This document shows, one piece after another, positions 30,971-41,926 of a DNA stretch of 64,000 nt; within the stretch, counting starts at the first letter, position 1; the number at the start of each line of letters is the position of its first letter. The notes below the pieces were generated by a model that saw only the letters and a list, made by a program, of their open reading frames with translations, was not told the origin of the DNA and did not search any database. The translations under genes and the position numbers were made by a program. The stretch covers positions 32,001 to 96,000 of the forward strand of contig CAVUXE010000003.1 in NCBI GenBank assembly GCA_963745235.1, given 5' to 3'. The stretch is from an uncultured Spirochaetota bacterium (lineage in GTDB: Bacteria > Spirochaetota > Spirochaetia > SZUA-6 > Fen-1364).

Positions 30971-30982
30971 CGTGATATCACG
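30971..30982. promoter_or_regulatory. Perfect 12-bp palindrome upstream of the sugar isomerase (candidate operator)
   Basis: CGTGATATCACG, 24 bp upstream of the start codon at 30947. Confidence 0.45.
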
Positions 30983-31046
30983 TTCATAACGACTCGGGAA
31001 GGGAGACACGTACGGGAAGACGACACTCAAAGCGCGGGATAAAGTC

Positions 31047-31152
31047 GCCAGCAGGAAGATACCCCGCTTGATCAATGGAACATTTTCACTTCGTCTTTAC
31101 GTTTAGGTATGAGTACTTTCAGCCCTGACTTTTTTCCTATCTTCCTGCTGGC
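31047..31152. repeat. Perfect 15-bp inverted repeat flanking a 76-bp AT-rich spacer
   Basis: GCCAGCAGGAAGATA (31047-31061) and TATCTTCCTGCTGGC (31138-31152). Confidence 0.85.
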
Positions 31153-31214
31153 CGGTCTCAACTTTATGGTCTCATTTTAGTCCGGTTGCCTCAAGATGCA
31201 ATAAGCCAAATGTC

Positions 31215-32123
31215 TCATTTTGGAGAATTTATCAGGTTCATTAGCTGAATTTTGTTTGTAACCCCTGTCTTCTGGTAGATGTGATAAATATGGTTCTTCA
31301 CCGTGGTCGAAGAGATGAAAAGCTTCTCCCCAATGATCCTGTTCGTGTAGCCTTGGACAAGCATTGTGATGATTTCCCGCTCCCGCGGCGAGATCCCGTA
31401 CTGCTTCACGATCCCTTCCGGCAGCTGGTAGGCCGCGCCGAACTCCGCCACAAAGAGGTATTGCGCGGCGTAGAAGAGGAGAAGGCCGCCAGTCGCAAAA
31501 AGGAAGAGGACCTGGACAAGGGGAAAATCCCGAAGGAACGGGGGAGCCTGAAGCGTTGCCTGTCCGATGATCTGGACGATCATGGCCGCGATCATCACGA
31601 ACGCCGCTGCGAGCAGGCTGCGAACAAGGGCCAGGAGGCGCGGATGCCTGATCTTCTCTATTCGTCCAAGGATCAACACCACCCCGTAGGCCTGGACCGC
31701 GGTCAGGCAGGCATCATTCAGGAACCGCAGGAACCTCTGCGGCATCACGACGCTCGCGCCCCCGACCACGGCGACGCCTGCGGCAAGGAAAAGGTAGGCT
31801 GCCATTCGCGCGGGAGAAAGGGGAAGCAGGACGACCCCCGCGGCAAGGATGCAGACCATGTACGCCAGGAGGCCATTTCCCGGAATGATCAGGGCAAGGG
31901 AGATGGCGGGGAGGGCGCCGCCGAACACGTGCTCGACGGTCGCAAGCTCATACGTCTTGAGAATCCTGCACAGCACGAGAAGGAGAATTGCAAAGTACAA
32001 GAGGGCAATGTGCCTGAAGGCGGAAATCCCGGACCTCGCATAGGCGAGCAGGCTGAGGGCGATGACCACGAGGCCCAGAGATGAGGCGAACAGGTACACT
32101 GCGAGAAATGCATGGAGCACCAA
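31215..32123 (-). CDS. Membrane-bound LuxR-family one-component regulator (about 7 TM plus HTH)
   Basis: Hydrophobic N-terminal region of about 230 aa; ISPREREII...GYTNRIIGEKLFISSTTVKNHIYHIYQK. Confidence 0.9.
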   Translation of the reverse strand: MVLHAFLAVYLFASSLGLVVIALSLLAYARSGISAFRHIALLYFAILLLVLCRILKTYELATVEHVFGGALPAISLALIIPGNGLLAYMVCILAAGVVLLPLSPARMAAYLFLAAGVAVVGGASVVMPQRFLRFLNDACLTAVQAYGVVLILGRIEKIRHPRLLALVRSLLAAAFVMIAAMIVQIIGQATLQAPPFLRDFPLVQVLFLFATGGLLLFYAAQYLFVAEFGAAYQLPEGIVKQYGISPREREIITMLVQGYTNRIIGEKLFISSTTVKNHIYHIYQKTGVTNKIQLMNLINSPK

Positions 32124-32162
32124 ACCCTCCGTTCGAACATTTTTTTTGTTGAAGTTGAGCTG

Positions 32163-32192
32163 AGAATATCAAGAAAATATCCAAAATGTCAA
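32163..32192 (-). promoter_or_regulatory. Sigma70-type promoter of the LuxR regulator
   Basis: Minus strand reads TTGACA-18 bp-TATTCT with an extended TGn. Confidence 0.55.
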
Positions 32193-32225
32193 GACGGTCC
32201 GATCTCTAAATAAGATAAACTGCGT

Positions 32226-33191
32226 TCAGACGGACATGACCCGAACGTTCGGGTCGAGCTCCTTTTTGAGGAACTCCTCGACGAAATCCAGGGTCCCCGT
32301 CTGCGCGCTGGGACATCCCTTGCACGCACCCGCGTACTTTATGTAGACCGCGGTTACCTCACCATCAGATTTCATGTCAACGACTTCCAGGTTGCCCCCG
32401 TCCCTGATGAGCGCGGGACGGACCTTCTCATCAAGCACCTTTTCAACAGCACGGTGCTTCTGGATCAGGCTGAGGCTGGCAAAACTCTTTGCCTCGGTGG
32501 TCCCGGGGGCGCCTTCGCGTTCCATCTCGGCTCGTGTCTCCCGAAGGATATCGACGAGGTAATGGCGTCGGGCCTCATGGCCGCCGGGCCGGATGCAGGA
32601 CTTGCAGAAGGCTCCCGCCTTGGTGTAGCGGGTGATATCCTCCACGGTCGTCAGGTTGTTGATCCGGATCACCTCCTTGACCGTCCGAAGACTTACCCGC
32701 GCGCACTGGCAGACGACCTCCTCCTCTTCCAGGGAGTCCATGTCAACGCCCTTGTAAACGGCGGCAGCCTTGCGGATCACGTCGTAGGCCATGACGCTGC
32801 AGTGCATCTTCTGGGGCGGGATGGCGGCCGTGGCTTCCTCGTCGCGCAGGGCGCGCTCCACGTCGATGTTCGTGATCTTCATGGCCTCATCCACGGTCTT
32901 GCCGACGATCATCTCGCACATCATGTCGCTGGAGGCGATTGCGGTGCCGCACCCGAATGTCTTGAAACGGGCGTCAAGGATCCTGTTTGTGCGCGGATCA
33001 ACGGCCCAGAAAGCCCGGATGGCGTCCCCGCACACCTCGGCGCCCCAGTCCGCGACAACGAGGCGGGCGCCGAGCTTTTCCGCATCGGCGCCCGTGATTT
33101 CCCCGAGGTGCCGGGGGTTCAGCATCCGGTCGTTCACCTTGTTCGAGTAGCTCTCCCAGAGGGTCCCGCCTATCAGGTCAGCTTTTGCCAT
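32226..33191 (-). CDS. nifU: Fe-S scaffold NifU (NifU_N, BFD-like 2Fe-2S and Nfu domains)
   Basis: GAEVCGD, FKTFGCGTAIASS, PPQKMHCS; VCQC...CKSC; DGGNLE...GACKGCPSA. Confidence 0.93.
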   Translation of the reverse strand: MAKADLIGGTLWESYSNKVNDRMLNPRHLGEITGADAEKLGARLVVADWGAEVCGDAIRAFWAVDPRTNRILDARFKTFGCGTAIASSDMMCEMIVGKTVDEAMKITNIDVERALRDEEATAAIPPQKMHCSVMAYDVIRKAAAVYKGVDMDSLEEEEVVCQCARVSLRTVKEVIRINNLTTVEDITRYTKAGAFCKSCIRPGGHEARRHYLVDILRETRAEMEREGAPGTTEAKSFASLSLIQKHRAVEKVLDEKVRPALIRDGGNLEVVDMKSDGEVTAVYIKYAGACKGCPSAQTGTLDFVEEFLKKELDPNVRVMSV

Positions 33192-33229
33192 GACAGTTCT
33201 CCTCGCTCCGATTCATCACCACGCCGCGC

Positions 33230-34408
<1,179 letters not shown>

Positions 34409-34442
34409 CTATACCCGGGCGCTCAGTGAGTGTCGAGCCGCC

Positions 34443-35447
34443 TCATTTCACCTTCTTGCGCAGCTTTCGAGGGCTGGGTCTCGGCCCGGCGTCCTGCGGC
34501 ACCGGCTGGCGCGCGCGGGCGCGAAACGCGGCCATAGCGATCACCGCCCCTGCGATCAGAAGCACGTTGAGGATCTGCCCGGTGGAGAAGTTGAACCAGC
34601 TGAACTGGCCCGGGTTGCTCACGGGAGCAAGGGTGATGGGGAAGCCGATTCCCTTGTCCGGTTCGCGGGCATACTCGATGAAGAACCGGAATACGCCGTA
34701 GCCGATCATGTACCACGCGATCACGAAGCCGTTGTATGGCTTGCGCTTCCGCACGATGAACCAGATGATCAGCCACAGCACAAGACCCTCGAAGAACGCC
34801 TCGTAGAGCTGGCTGGGGTGCCGGGGAAGGTTGACCAGCGCGGCGCCGTTGACCGGCATGCCCACGGCCGCCGCGAAATCCCTGACCCACGGCATTGTGG
34901 CGGGGAAACCGTCAGCCGCGGGGAACACCATGCCCCACGAGACCTTTGTGATCCTTCCGTAGAGCTCGCCGTTGATGAAGTTCCCCAGCCGGCCGAAGGT
35001 GTATCCCAGCGGGATGCCGGCCACCAGCATGTCCCCCCAGTCCAGGATGCTGATCTTCTTCACCCGCATGAAGATGGCAAGTGCGATGACCGCCCCCACC
35101 AGGCCGCCGTGATAGGACATGCCCGCGATTCCCGTGAGGCGAAGCCGCCCGTCAACGACGGCAACGGGGAGGATGATCTGGAGGGGATGGTGGAGGTAGT
35201 AGCCGGTCGGGTCATAGATGGTGACGGCAAACGCCCTGGCTCCGATCAGGAGGCCGATGATTGCCCAGAAGAACATGTCGAGGACCAGGTCCTGCTGCGG
35301 CTTTTCCTTGCGCTCCCTGAGCTGCCACGTGAAGAGGAGGTACGTAATGACAAAGGCCACCAGGTACATGAGCCCGTACCAGCGGATGGGCAGCCAGGGT
35401 ACGATCTCAGGATGTATCCACGAAGGATACTGGATATATGCGAGCAT
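34443..35447 (-). CDS. lgt: Prolipoprotein diacylglyceryl transferase
   Basis: IRWYGLMY, GMSYHGG, GRLGNFINGELYGR, RHPSQLYE, RFFIEYAREPD. Confidence 0.96.
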   Translation of the reverse strand: MLAYIQYPSWIHPEIVPWLPIRWYGLMYLVAFVITYLLFTWQLRERKEKPQQDLVLDMFFWAIIGLLIGARAFAVTIYDPTGYYLHHPLQIILPVAVVDGRLRLTGIAGMSYHGGLVGAVIALAIFMRVKKISILDWGDMLVAGIPLGYTFGRLGNFINGELYGRITKVSWGMVFPAADGFPATMPWVRDFAAAVGMPVNGAALVNLPRHPSQLYEAFFEGLVLWLIIWFIVRKRKPYNGFVIAWYMIGYGVFRFFIEYAREPDKGIGFPITLAPVSNPGQFSWFNFSTGQILNVLLIAGAVIAMAAFRARARQPVPQDAGPRPSPRKLRKKVK

Positions 35448-35466
35448 GCGTCTCTCCTTGATGCCG

Positions 35467-38419
35467 TTACATCTTTTCCGCGATTTTCCCCTGCACCTGG
35501 TCGAAGTACAGGGTGATCATGTTCTTCGGCGTCCGCGTTTCCCACCGTCGGCCGTGGCTTTCGATCACCGCGCCGGGGAAAAGCGTTCCGCGCACGACGA
35601 TCTCCGAACGGACGTGAAGGTCAAACGTGTCATGAAGGGTGATCAGGCGCTTCTTGCGAAGCTCGATTGCCCTCAGGGCCTGGGCCTTTTCCGCCCGCGC
35701 CTGCGAAAGCGCCGTTGCATCCAGTGGTCTGCCGGCAAGCGCCTCCCGCTGGATCCTCTTCATCTCGGCATCCAGCTCCACCGCCCGCCTTGCGATGGCG
35801 GCAACTTCGCGCTCCTCCCGCTCGATCTGGTCCTTGAGCAGGTAGTCCTGGCCAAAGAGGACCAGCGTGGGGATCCCTGTGGCCGAGCCGAGGTTCTGCA
35901 CGGCAACGCCCTGGCGAGCCCGCACTTCACCTCCCACCAGGTTTCCCTTCTCCGAGTCCAGGAGCAGCTTGCCGTTGCATTTCACCTGGCAGCGCAGGCA
36001 CGCCCCCTTCAGGCGCACGTTCTCCGTTGCAATGAGAATGGCCTGCTCGGCGAACGGTGAGGTGATGTCCTTCTTTGCCCTCAGGATTGCCTTCCCCTCC
36101 CCCTTGATCCCCTGCCCGATGAGGATGGAGCCTTCGGAGGACAACAGCGCGGCGTCCACAGTCTCATCCACCTCGATGTCACCGGCTGCCAGGATGCGGA
36201 AGCCCGGTTGAACCGTGCCGTTCACGCGGACGATGCCGGGGAAGTTCACGTTGCCGCTCGTCATGTCCACGTCTCCGGCCACCGTGTGAACCTGCTGGAC
36301 CGTGATGACCGTCCCGTCACGAACCAGCTCGCCGTCAGCCTCCGCGTAGAAGAAGAGGCTCCCGTCCGGCTGGCGCGCCGCGGACACACCGCGCCCTGCC
36401 TGCAGGCCCGAGAGGGCTCCCGCCGGTGGCGGGACGGATTTGCCCGGTCACGTCCCACGACTCCAGGCCTTCCGGAGGAGGCGGCATCACCGTGGCCACG
36501 TGCGCGCCTTTGCCGACGTGGGTGATCCGGTCCTGCGCGCGAAAATCCGCGCGGCCGTCGTCCAGAATCGTCAACGCCTTTCCCGTGGCAAGGCGGATGT
36601 GGAAGGTCACCCGGTTCTCCTCACCCGCGGGCGGGAGCTTCCCCTCTGCGATGAGGCAGTTCTTGAAGAACTTCCCTCGAGCCACGAGGTCCAGTGCCTT
36701 GAGGAGCTTTGTTTCGTCGACCCCCTTGATGATGCCCGCGTCCTGGATCCGGGCCCGCACCTCCTGCACGTCAAGGGAAGCACCCGTCCCCCGCGCGGGA
36801 GTGAACGTGATGAAGCCTTTCATCCGGTCGTCGGAGATGGTGACAACCAGGTCCGCATCCCGGTGGCGTCGCACGCGCAGCAGGATGGTCATGCCATCGC
36901 TGCCTTTTTCCAGGATGCCTTCCTCCAGCGCAATCACCGTCTCGCGCCGCTGCTGAAGTCCCTCGAAAAGGCGCACCTCAGGGGCGGCGCCCTTCAGACC
37001 GGGGATGGTGGCGCCGAACACGTCCACGCCGGAAGCGCCGACCTGTCCCTGCACGATCCGCAGCACGGGCATTTCCGCGGTCACGAGGCCGATGGATTCC
37101 ACCCGCTCCAGCGGGAATTGCGTGAGGGAAGGGACTTCGGCAAGCGCCGCGGTCCTCGTCGCGCTGAATGCTCGAATCCTGTCCGACTCCTCCACCGGGA
37201 GGAACTTCACCAGCCACTCGACGCTTCCGTCCTTGCCGCGCTCGGGAGCCTGGCCGGCAGCGAGTTGGTAGTCCACCAGCTCGTTCTCCGTGCCCTTGAA
37301 GAACTCCTGGAGATCCTTCCTGATCGTCTCTATCGTGTACCTGCGCACCTTGCTGAGGCGGATGGCATCGCTGGCAATGGCGAGTGTCAGGGGCTTCCCT
37401 CCCCCGCGTCCCTTGCGGAGGAAGAGAGTCGCGGCGAGGTTGTCCGGGGAAACCGTGACCACTGCCGCTCCATCGGATGAGGGGCTGAGGGATTTTCCGG
37501 AGAGCGGAGTCCCCGACGTCACCGCCTCCTTCAGGATGGAGGCGATTTCCCCGGCGCTGATCAGCGCCGCGGGGGCGAACCCGATCTTCACGGCCTCGGC
37601 GATGACTTCATCAGCCGTGGGGAGCGGTAGAGCAGGGTCCCCCGGGTCGAAGGAGAGCAGGCAGGTTGCGCCGTCCGCTGAGGCGGAGACCCGCACGGCG
37701 TGATCCCGGAAGGAGACGACGTCCGCCCAGTTTGCCCCGCGCCGCAGGAAGCCATCCCGGACAGACTTGACCTCACTCCCGGTCCTCGCAAGGCCGTCCA
37801 GGAACAGGAACGCCGCCATTTCTGCGCGCTTCGCCGGGACCAGCCTGCCGAAAACGCTCCTGCCCTCCTTCCCGGGCTTCCCCGGCCTGACCTTCGCAAC
37901 GAGCGCGCCTTTGTGCACGAAGCCCGTTGCGGTGACGGCAGGATCTATGGCAACGTCTTGCCGCACCATCTTCTTCTCCACCACCACCTCGATCTCCTCC
38001 CGGGGCGGGAGAAACGGCAGTGATGGCTTGCGCATCACCTTCTTTTCTTTTTTGATTCTCTCTTCGCGAAGGCGAAAACCCCTGGGCGGGGGGGCCTTTT
38101 CCAGCGCCGTTCGCGCGACCCCCGCCAGCCGCGGAGGAATGGGGCAGGGCTCGAACTCCGCCTGCTCAGGCTCCGGGGGGCGCGGCATGATTCCCGCCGC
38201 GGCAACAAAGGTCACCGGTTCACTCTTCTTGCGGGCAACGGATCGGAGTGCTTTCTCGATGGCCTCGGTGTCTATCCCCTCCCGAACCCTCTTCTCCTCG
38301 AGGATGGCAACAAGACTGTCGGTGGACAGCTCCGTCCCGGTTTCGCTGGGCACGATGGTGACGCGCGCCTCGATGCCCTGTTCGTCGAACTCGAGCTTCA
38401 GGTCCCCCTTGACGTTCAT
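35467..38419 (-). CDS. fapA: FapA (DUF342) flagellar assembly protein A family, long spirochaete-like form; frameshift near 36445
   Basis: Repeated ...VSPDNLAATL / ISDDRMKGFI units, G.DVFG, VAGDVDMTSGNVNFPG, GNLVGGEV, GTLFPG. Removing one base at 36443-36447 joins the two ORFs. Confidence 0.82.
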
Positions 38420-38456
38420 CTCTCCGGCTCAAGTCACAGGATAAAGCAAAGCCCTG

Positions 38457-39956
38457 TCATCCGACAAGGGTGAGCACGGCCAGCGCCGCGAACACCGCGG
38501 CGAGGCCAAGCTTTACCTTCCCCATGTGCGCCTGGAAGAGGGAGGTGATCTTCCCCGAGCTGACGCCGAACCAGGACCCCAGAAAAACTGCAAGCAGGGG
38601 CAGAATGAAACACAGGTTGTACAGCAGCAGAAGCGCGAGGGCTGTGGCGCCGCCGCGTATGCGAACCAGGTATGCGAGCATGGGAAGGTACACCTGTCCC
38701 GTGCACGCGAACTCGAAGATGGACACCAGGAACCCAAGGGCCAGGGAGCTGCCGGCCAGTGCCGCCGTGCGAACGCGCGTGCGGATGGTTGCGTGGATCT
38801 GCTTCTTCAACGAGGACGGGAGCTGGAGGAGGATCTGGTTTGCTCTCCCCTGACGGATGAGGGCGTAGTCGTACAGGCTCATGCCGGCAAAGACCGCGAG
38901 GATGCCCACGAGGGCCCAGCGAAGTCCCAGAGAAACGATGAAGACAGTGCTTGCCGCGCGCAGCACGGCGAACAGGCCGCAGCCGATGCCCAGATACGTG
39001 AGGAAAACGGAGGTCGTGAAAAGCGCGCCGATCAGGACTATGTCCCTCCTGCCTCTCCCCGCGAGCGCCAGGGACGCCAGCAGGAATATCAGGGTCGTGA
39101 ACGCGCAGGGGTTGACGCCATCGATCAGCCCGGCGAGGGCGATGGGCAGCGCCGCCACGCCTCCCGAAGCGAACACCGCCGACAATGGAGACCACACCAA
39201 CGGGGACGGAGGGCTCGCCGCGGCTGCCGCCTCTTTTCGCTGCGCCTCCAGCGCGCCGGCAAGGTTCCTGCGGATGTTCGCGTCGCCTTGCAGGAGGATG
39301 TTCCCGATCGCCAGGGCGGGGATCTCATGAACGGTCGCTCCGCGGGCGGAAGCGAAAGCGGCAAGCTCCTCGTAAAGCGCCGGCTGCAGGACGTCCCGGC
39401 GCTCCACGATGATCGAAAGACCGAGCTCCCGCGACAGCCTCGGTATCTCGGTTGCAAGGAACTGCTCGCAGCTTCTGCAGCCGGGCGTGTAGTAATATGT
39501 CACCCTGACAGGCGCGTCCGCGGCAGGCCCGGCGCCGGAGCCGGTGGACAGGCTTCCCGTCAGGGAGGCACGCCGCTCGGCGCGCACGACGCCCCTGATG
39601 GTGTAGTAGGGAGGAGCAACGCCCGGCTGCCTGGTCTGAACGATGAAGTCCTTGCGGGTGATTCCCGTGTCGTCCGTTGAATCGTAGGCAATCAAGAAGG
39701 TGCCCTCACCGCCAGGCCTGAGGGTGCGCTCAGCCGGCGTCACCGTGAGACACGTGCACGTCGGCAGGAGACTGATGGTTACATCGTCCTGCCCGGCGTT
39801 TTTCACCGTGACCGCAGTCTGGATCTTCTCTCCCTTCATGATCATTCCGAACTTCCACTCTGGCGGGGAAAAGACCACGGTGGGGCTCCCGGCCGAAGGA
39901 AAGGCCCCGGCGCAGATGAGGAGGAGGGCGGAAAGATACCTGGCAGACGACGTCAC
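38457..39956 (-). CDS. DUF1573 (Ig-like), thioredoxin-like CXXC and CcdA/DsbD transmembrane fusion
   Basis: Signal peptide; PTCTCLT; YYYTPGCRSC; DGVNPCAF and FACTGQVY TM cysteines; GTGA overlap with the upstream gene. Confidence 0.8.
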   Translation of the reverse strand: MTSSARYLSALLLICAGAFPSAGSPTVVFSPPEWKFGMIMKGEKIQTAVTVKNAGQDDVTISLLPTCTCLTVTPAERTLRPGGEGTFLIAYDSTDDTGITRKDFIVQTRQPGVAPPYYTIRGVVRAERRASLTGSLSTGSGAGPAADAPVRVTYYYTPGCRSCEQFLATEIPRLSRELGLSIIVERRDVLQPALYEELAAFASARGATVHEIPALAIGNILLQGDANIRRNLAGALEAQRKEAAAAASPPSPLVWSPLSAVFASGGVAALPIALAGLIDGVNPCAFTTLIFLLASLALAGRGRRDIVLIGALFTTSVFLTYLGIGCGLFAVLRAASTVFIVSLGLRWALVGILAVFAGMSLYDYALIRQGRANQILLQLPSSLKKQIHATIRTRVRTAALAGSSLALGFLVSIFEFACTGQVYLPMLAYLVRIRGGATALALLLLYNLCFILPLLAVFLGSWFGVSSGKITSLFQAHMGKVKLGLAAVFAALAVLTLVG

Positions 39957-40393
39957 GGTACTGCCGGGAACGACGATCTTTTTTCCGGGCGCCACCGGAT
40001 GAGAGCCGCCAGGAAGAGCAGGTCGAAGATGAATACCGCGAAGAGCACCGCGCCCTGGCTGAGGACCACGGGGCCGATCTGCAGGACCTCGGTGCGCGCG
40101 GAGATCAGGGCCGCTCCGGACAGCATGAGCAGGAGGAAAGAGAAGAGGGAGAGAAGCTTTCCGAGCCTGAGAAATCCGATCATCTCGCCATATCTCTCCG
40201 GGAAGAGTGAAAGCATGAAGCCGCCGACAGCCACCAGGAGGTTCCCGGACCCTCCCAGGAGAAGCCACGGGATGATTCCGGGCCCGCCATTCCCGGCGGC
40301 ATGAAAGAGCTGCGCGAGGAGAGAGATGACAATGAAGAATCTGGCGGTTTCCCAGAGGGAGCCGGCCAGGATGAAAGCATGTCTCACCGCCAT
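39953..40393 (-). CDS. Hypothetical 4-TM membrane protein
   Basis: Four hydrophobic segments; coupled to the downstream gene; TTGACC-17-TACACT upstream. Confidence 0.7.
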   Translation of the reverse strand: MAVRHAFILAGSLWETARFFIVISLLAQLFHAAGNGGPGIIPWLLLGGSGNLLVAVGGFMLSLFPERYGEMIGFLRLGKLLSLFSFLLLMLSGAALISARTEVLQIGPVVLSQGAVLFAVFIFDLLFLAALIRWRPEKRSSFPAVP

Positions 40394-40510
40394 TGTCCGG
40401 CCGAGTGTAGACGGGTCCAGGACAGCGGTCAATACCTGGGGGTCTTGTCTTCGTTGACAAGGTGGTCATAGATGCAGATCATGGATATCATTCATATGAT
40501 GGAGAACTGA

Positions 40511-41920
40511 ATGAAGCGTATCAAAGCTCGCGAACGGGTCGTGTGGGTCGTCGTCACCGCGGTCCTCCTCGCTGCTCTCGCCCTGTTCTCTTTCTCTCCA
40601 CGGCTGCTGGCGGGGAGCCCGGAGGATGAGACGCAGGCGTACCTCAGCACGATCGGCGAGATGTTCCGGTACATCCGCGACAACTACGTGGACGCGGACA
40701 AGGCCCAGCCAAAAAGCCTGTACGAGGGCGCCCTGAAAGGGTTGTTCGAATCCCTCGGTGATCCCTATTCGGCATACACCAACGCCGCGGATTGGCGCAT
40801 GATTTCCGACACGACCACGGGCACCTTCGGAGGCGTCGGGCTTACCATCACGAAGATCGACAAGGTCGGCGCGGAGGTGGTCACGGCCATCGAGGGGACC
40901 CCCGCGTACAAGGCGGGAATCTCCGCCGGTGACATCATCATCAAGGTCAACGGGGAAGCGGTGGACAAGCTTTCCATTGACCAGATCGTGGACCGCCTGA
41001 GAGGAGCACCGAAGACGGACGTGACGGTCACCGTGAAGCGCGGGGACTCCATTGTCTTCGACGCCACCATCACGCGGGACGTGATCGAGCTCCCCATCGT
41101 CAAGTATGCCATGATCCCCGGCGGCATCGGCTACCTTCGCATAACAGAGTTCACGCCCCAGACCGCGGAGCGCTCCCGGGAGGCGCTGCGGTTCTTCAAG
41201 GACAACAACTACACCTCCCTGGTCATCGACCTGCGAGGCAACGGGGGAGGGCTTCTGTCCGCCGCCGTCGACATGGCAAATCTCTTCATTGACAACGGCC
41301 TGATCGTCGAGATCAGGAGCGAGCGGGTGGCCCGGGAGAACGTGAAATACGAGGCCCGGCCCAACCGGATGATGGTTGATCCCCAGATCCCCATCGTGGT
41401 CCTCGTGGACAAGTATTCCGCATCCGCCTCGGAGATACTCTCCGGCGCGCTGAAGGACCACCACCGCGCGACGCTCATGGGAGAGAAGACTTACGGAAAG
41501 GGCTCCGTGCAGACGGTGATGTCGCTGGGAGACGGAGGGTTCCGCCTCACCACCGCGCGCTACTACCTGCCGTCAGGCGTGACAATCGACAAGATCGGGA
41601 TACAGACGGACAAGCCCGTGGAGGAGCCCGCCCTCACGGACGCGGACCAGAAGGCGCTGAACGACCTCCTGAACGGCTCCTATCTGAAGGATTTCGTGAA
41701 GGCCAACCCGAAGCCCACGGAGGCGGAGGTCGGAGCGTTCATCACCGGCCTGCATGGGAAGGGGATCGCGCTCAGCGACAGGTACCTGAGAAAGCTGGTG
41801 AGAAACGAGGTCAACCGGACGAACAACAATCCGCCCCTGTATGACCTCGACTTCGACATCGTGCTCCAGGCTGCGGTGAAAGCGCTGCAGAATCACGAAA
41901 TCCAGGCCGCGAAGAACTAG
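40511..41920 (+). CDS. ctpA: S41 family carboxy-terminal processing protease (PDZ plus S41)
   Basis: LGDPYS, FGGVG, IDLRGNGGG, SASASEI, TYGKGSVQ, TTARYYLPSG. Confidence 0.93.
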   Translation: MKRIKARERVVWVVVTAVLLAALALFSFSPRLLAGSPEDETQAYLSTIGEMFRYIRDNYVDADKAQPKSLYEGALKGLFESLGDPYSAYTNAADWRMISDTTTGTFGGVGLTITKIDKVGAEVVTAIEGTPAYKAGISAGDIIIKVNGEAVDKLSIDQIVDRLRGAPKTDVTVTVKRGDSIVFDATITRDVIELPIVKYAMIPGGIGYLRITEFTPQTAERSREALRFFKDNNYTSLVIDLRGNGGGLLSAAVDMANLFIDNGLIVEIRSERVARENVKYEARPNRMMVDPQIPIVVLVDKYSASASEILSGALKDHHRATLMGEKTYGKGSVQTVMSLGDGGFRLTTARYYLPSGVTIDKIGIQTDKPVEEPALTDADQKALNDLLNGSYLKDFVKANPKPTEAEVGAFITGLHGKGIALSDRYLRKLVRNEVNRTNNNPPLYDLDFDIVLQAAVKALQNHEIQAAKN

Positions 41921-41926
41921 GGACGT

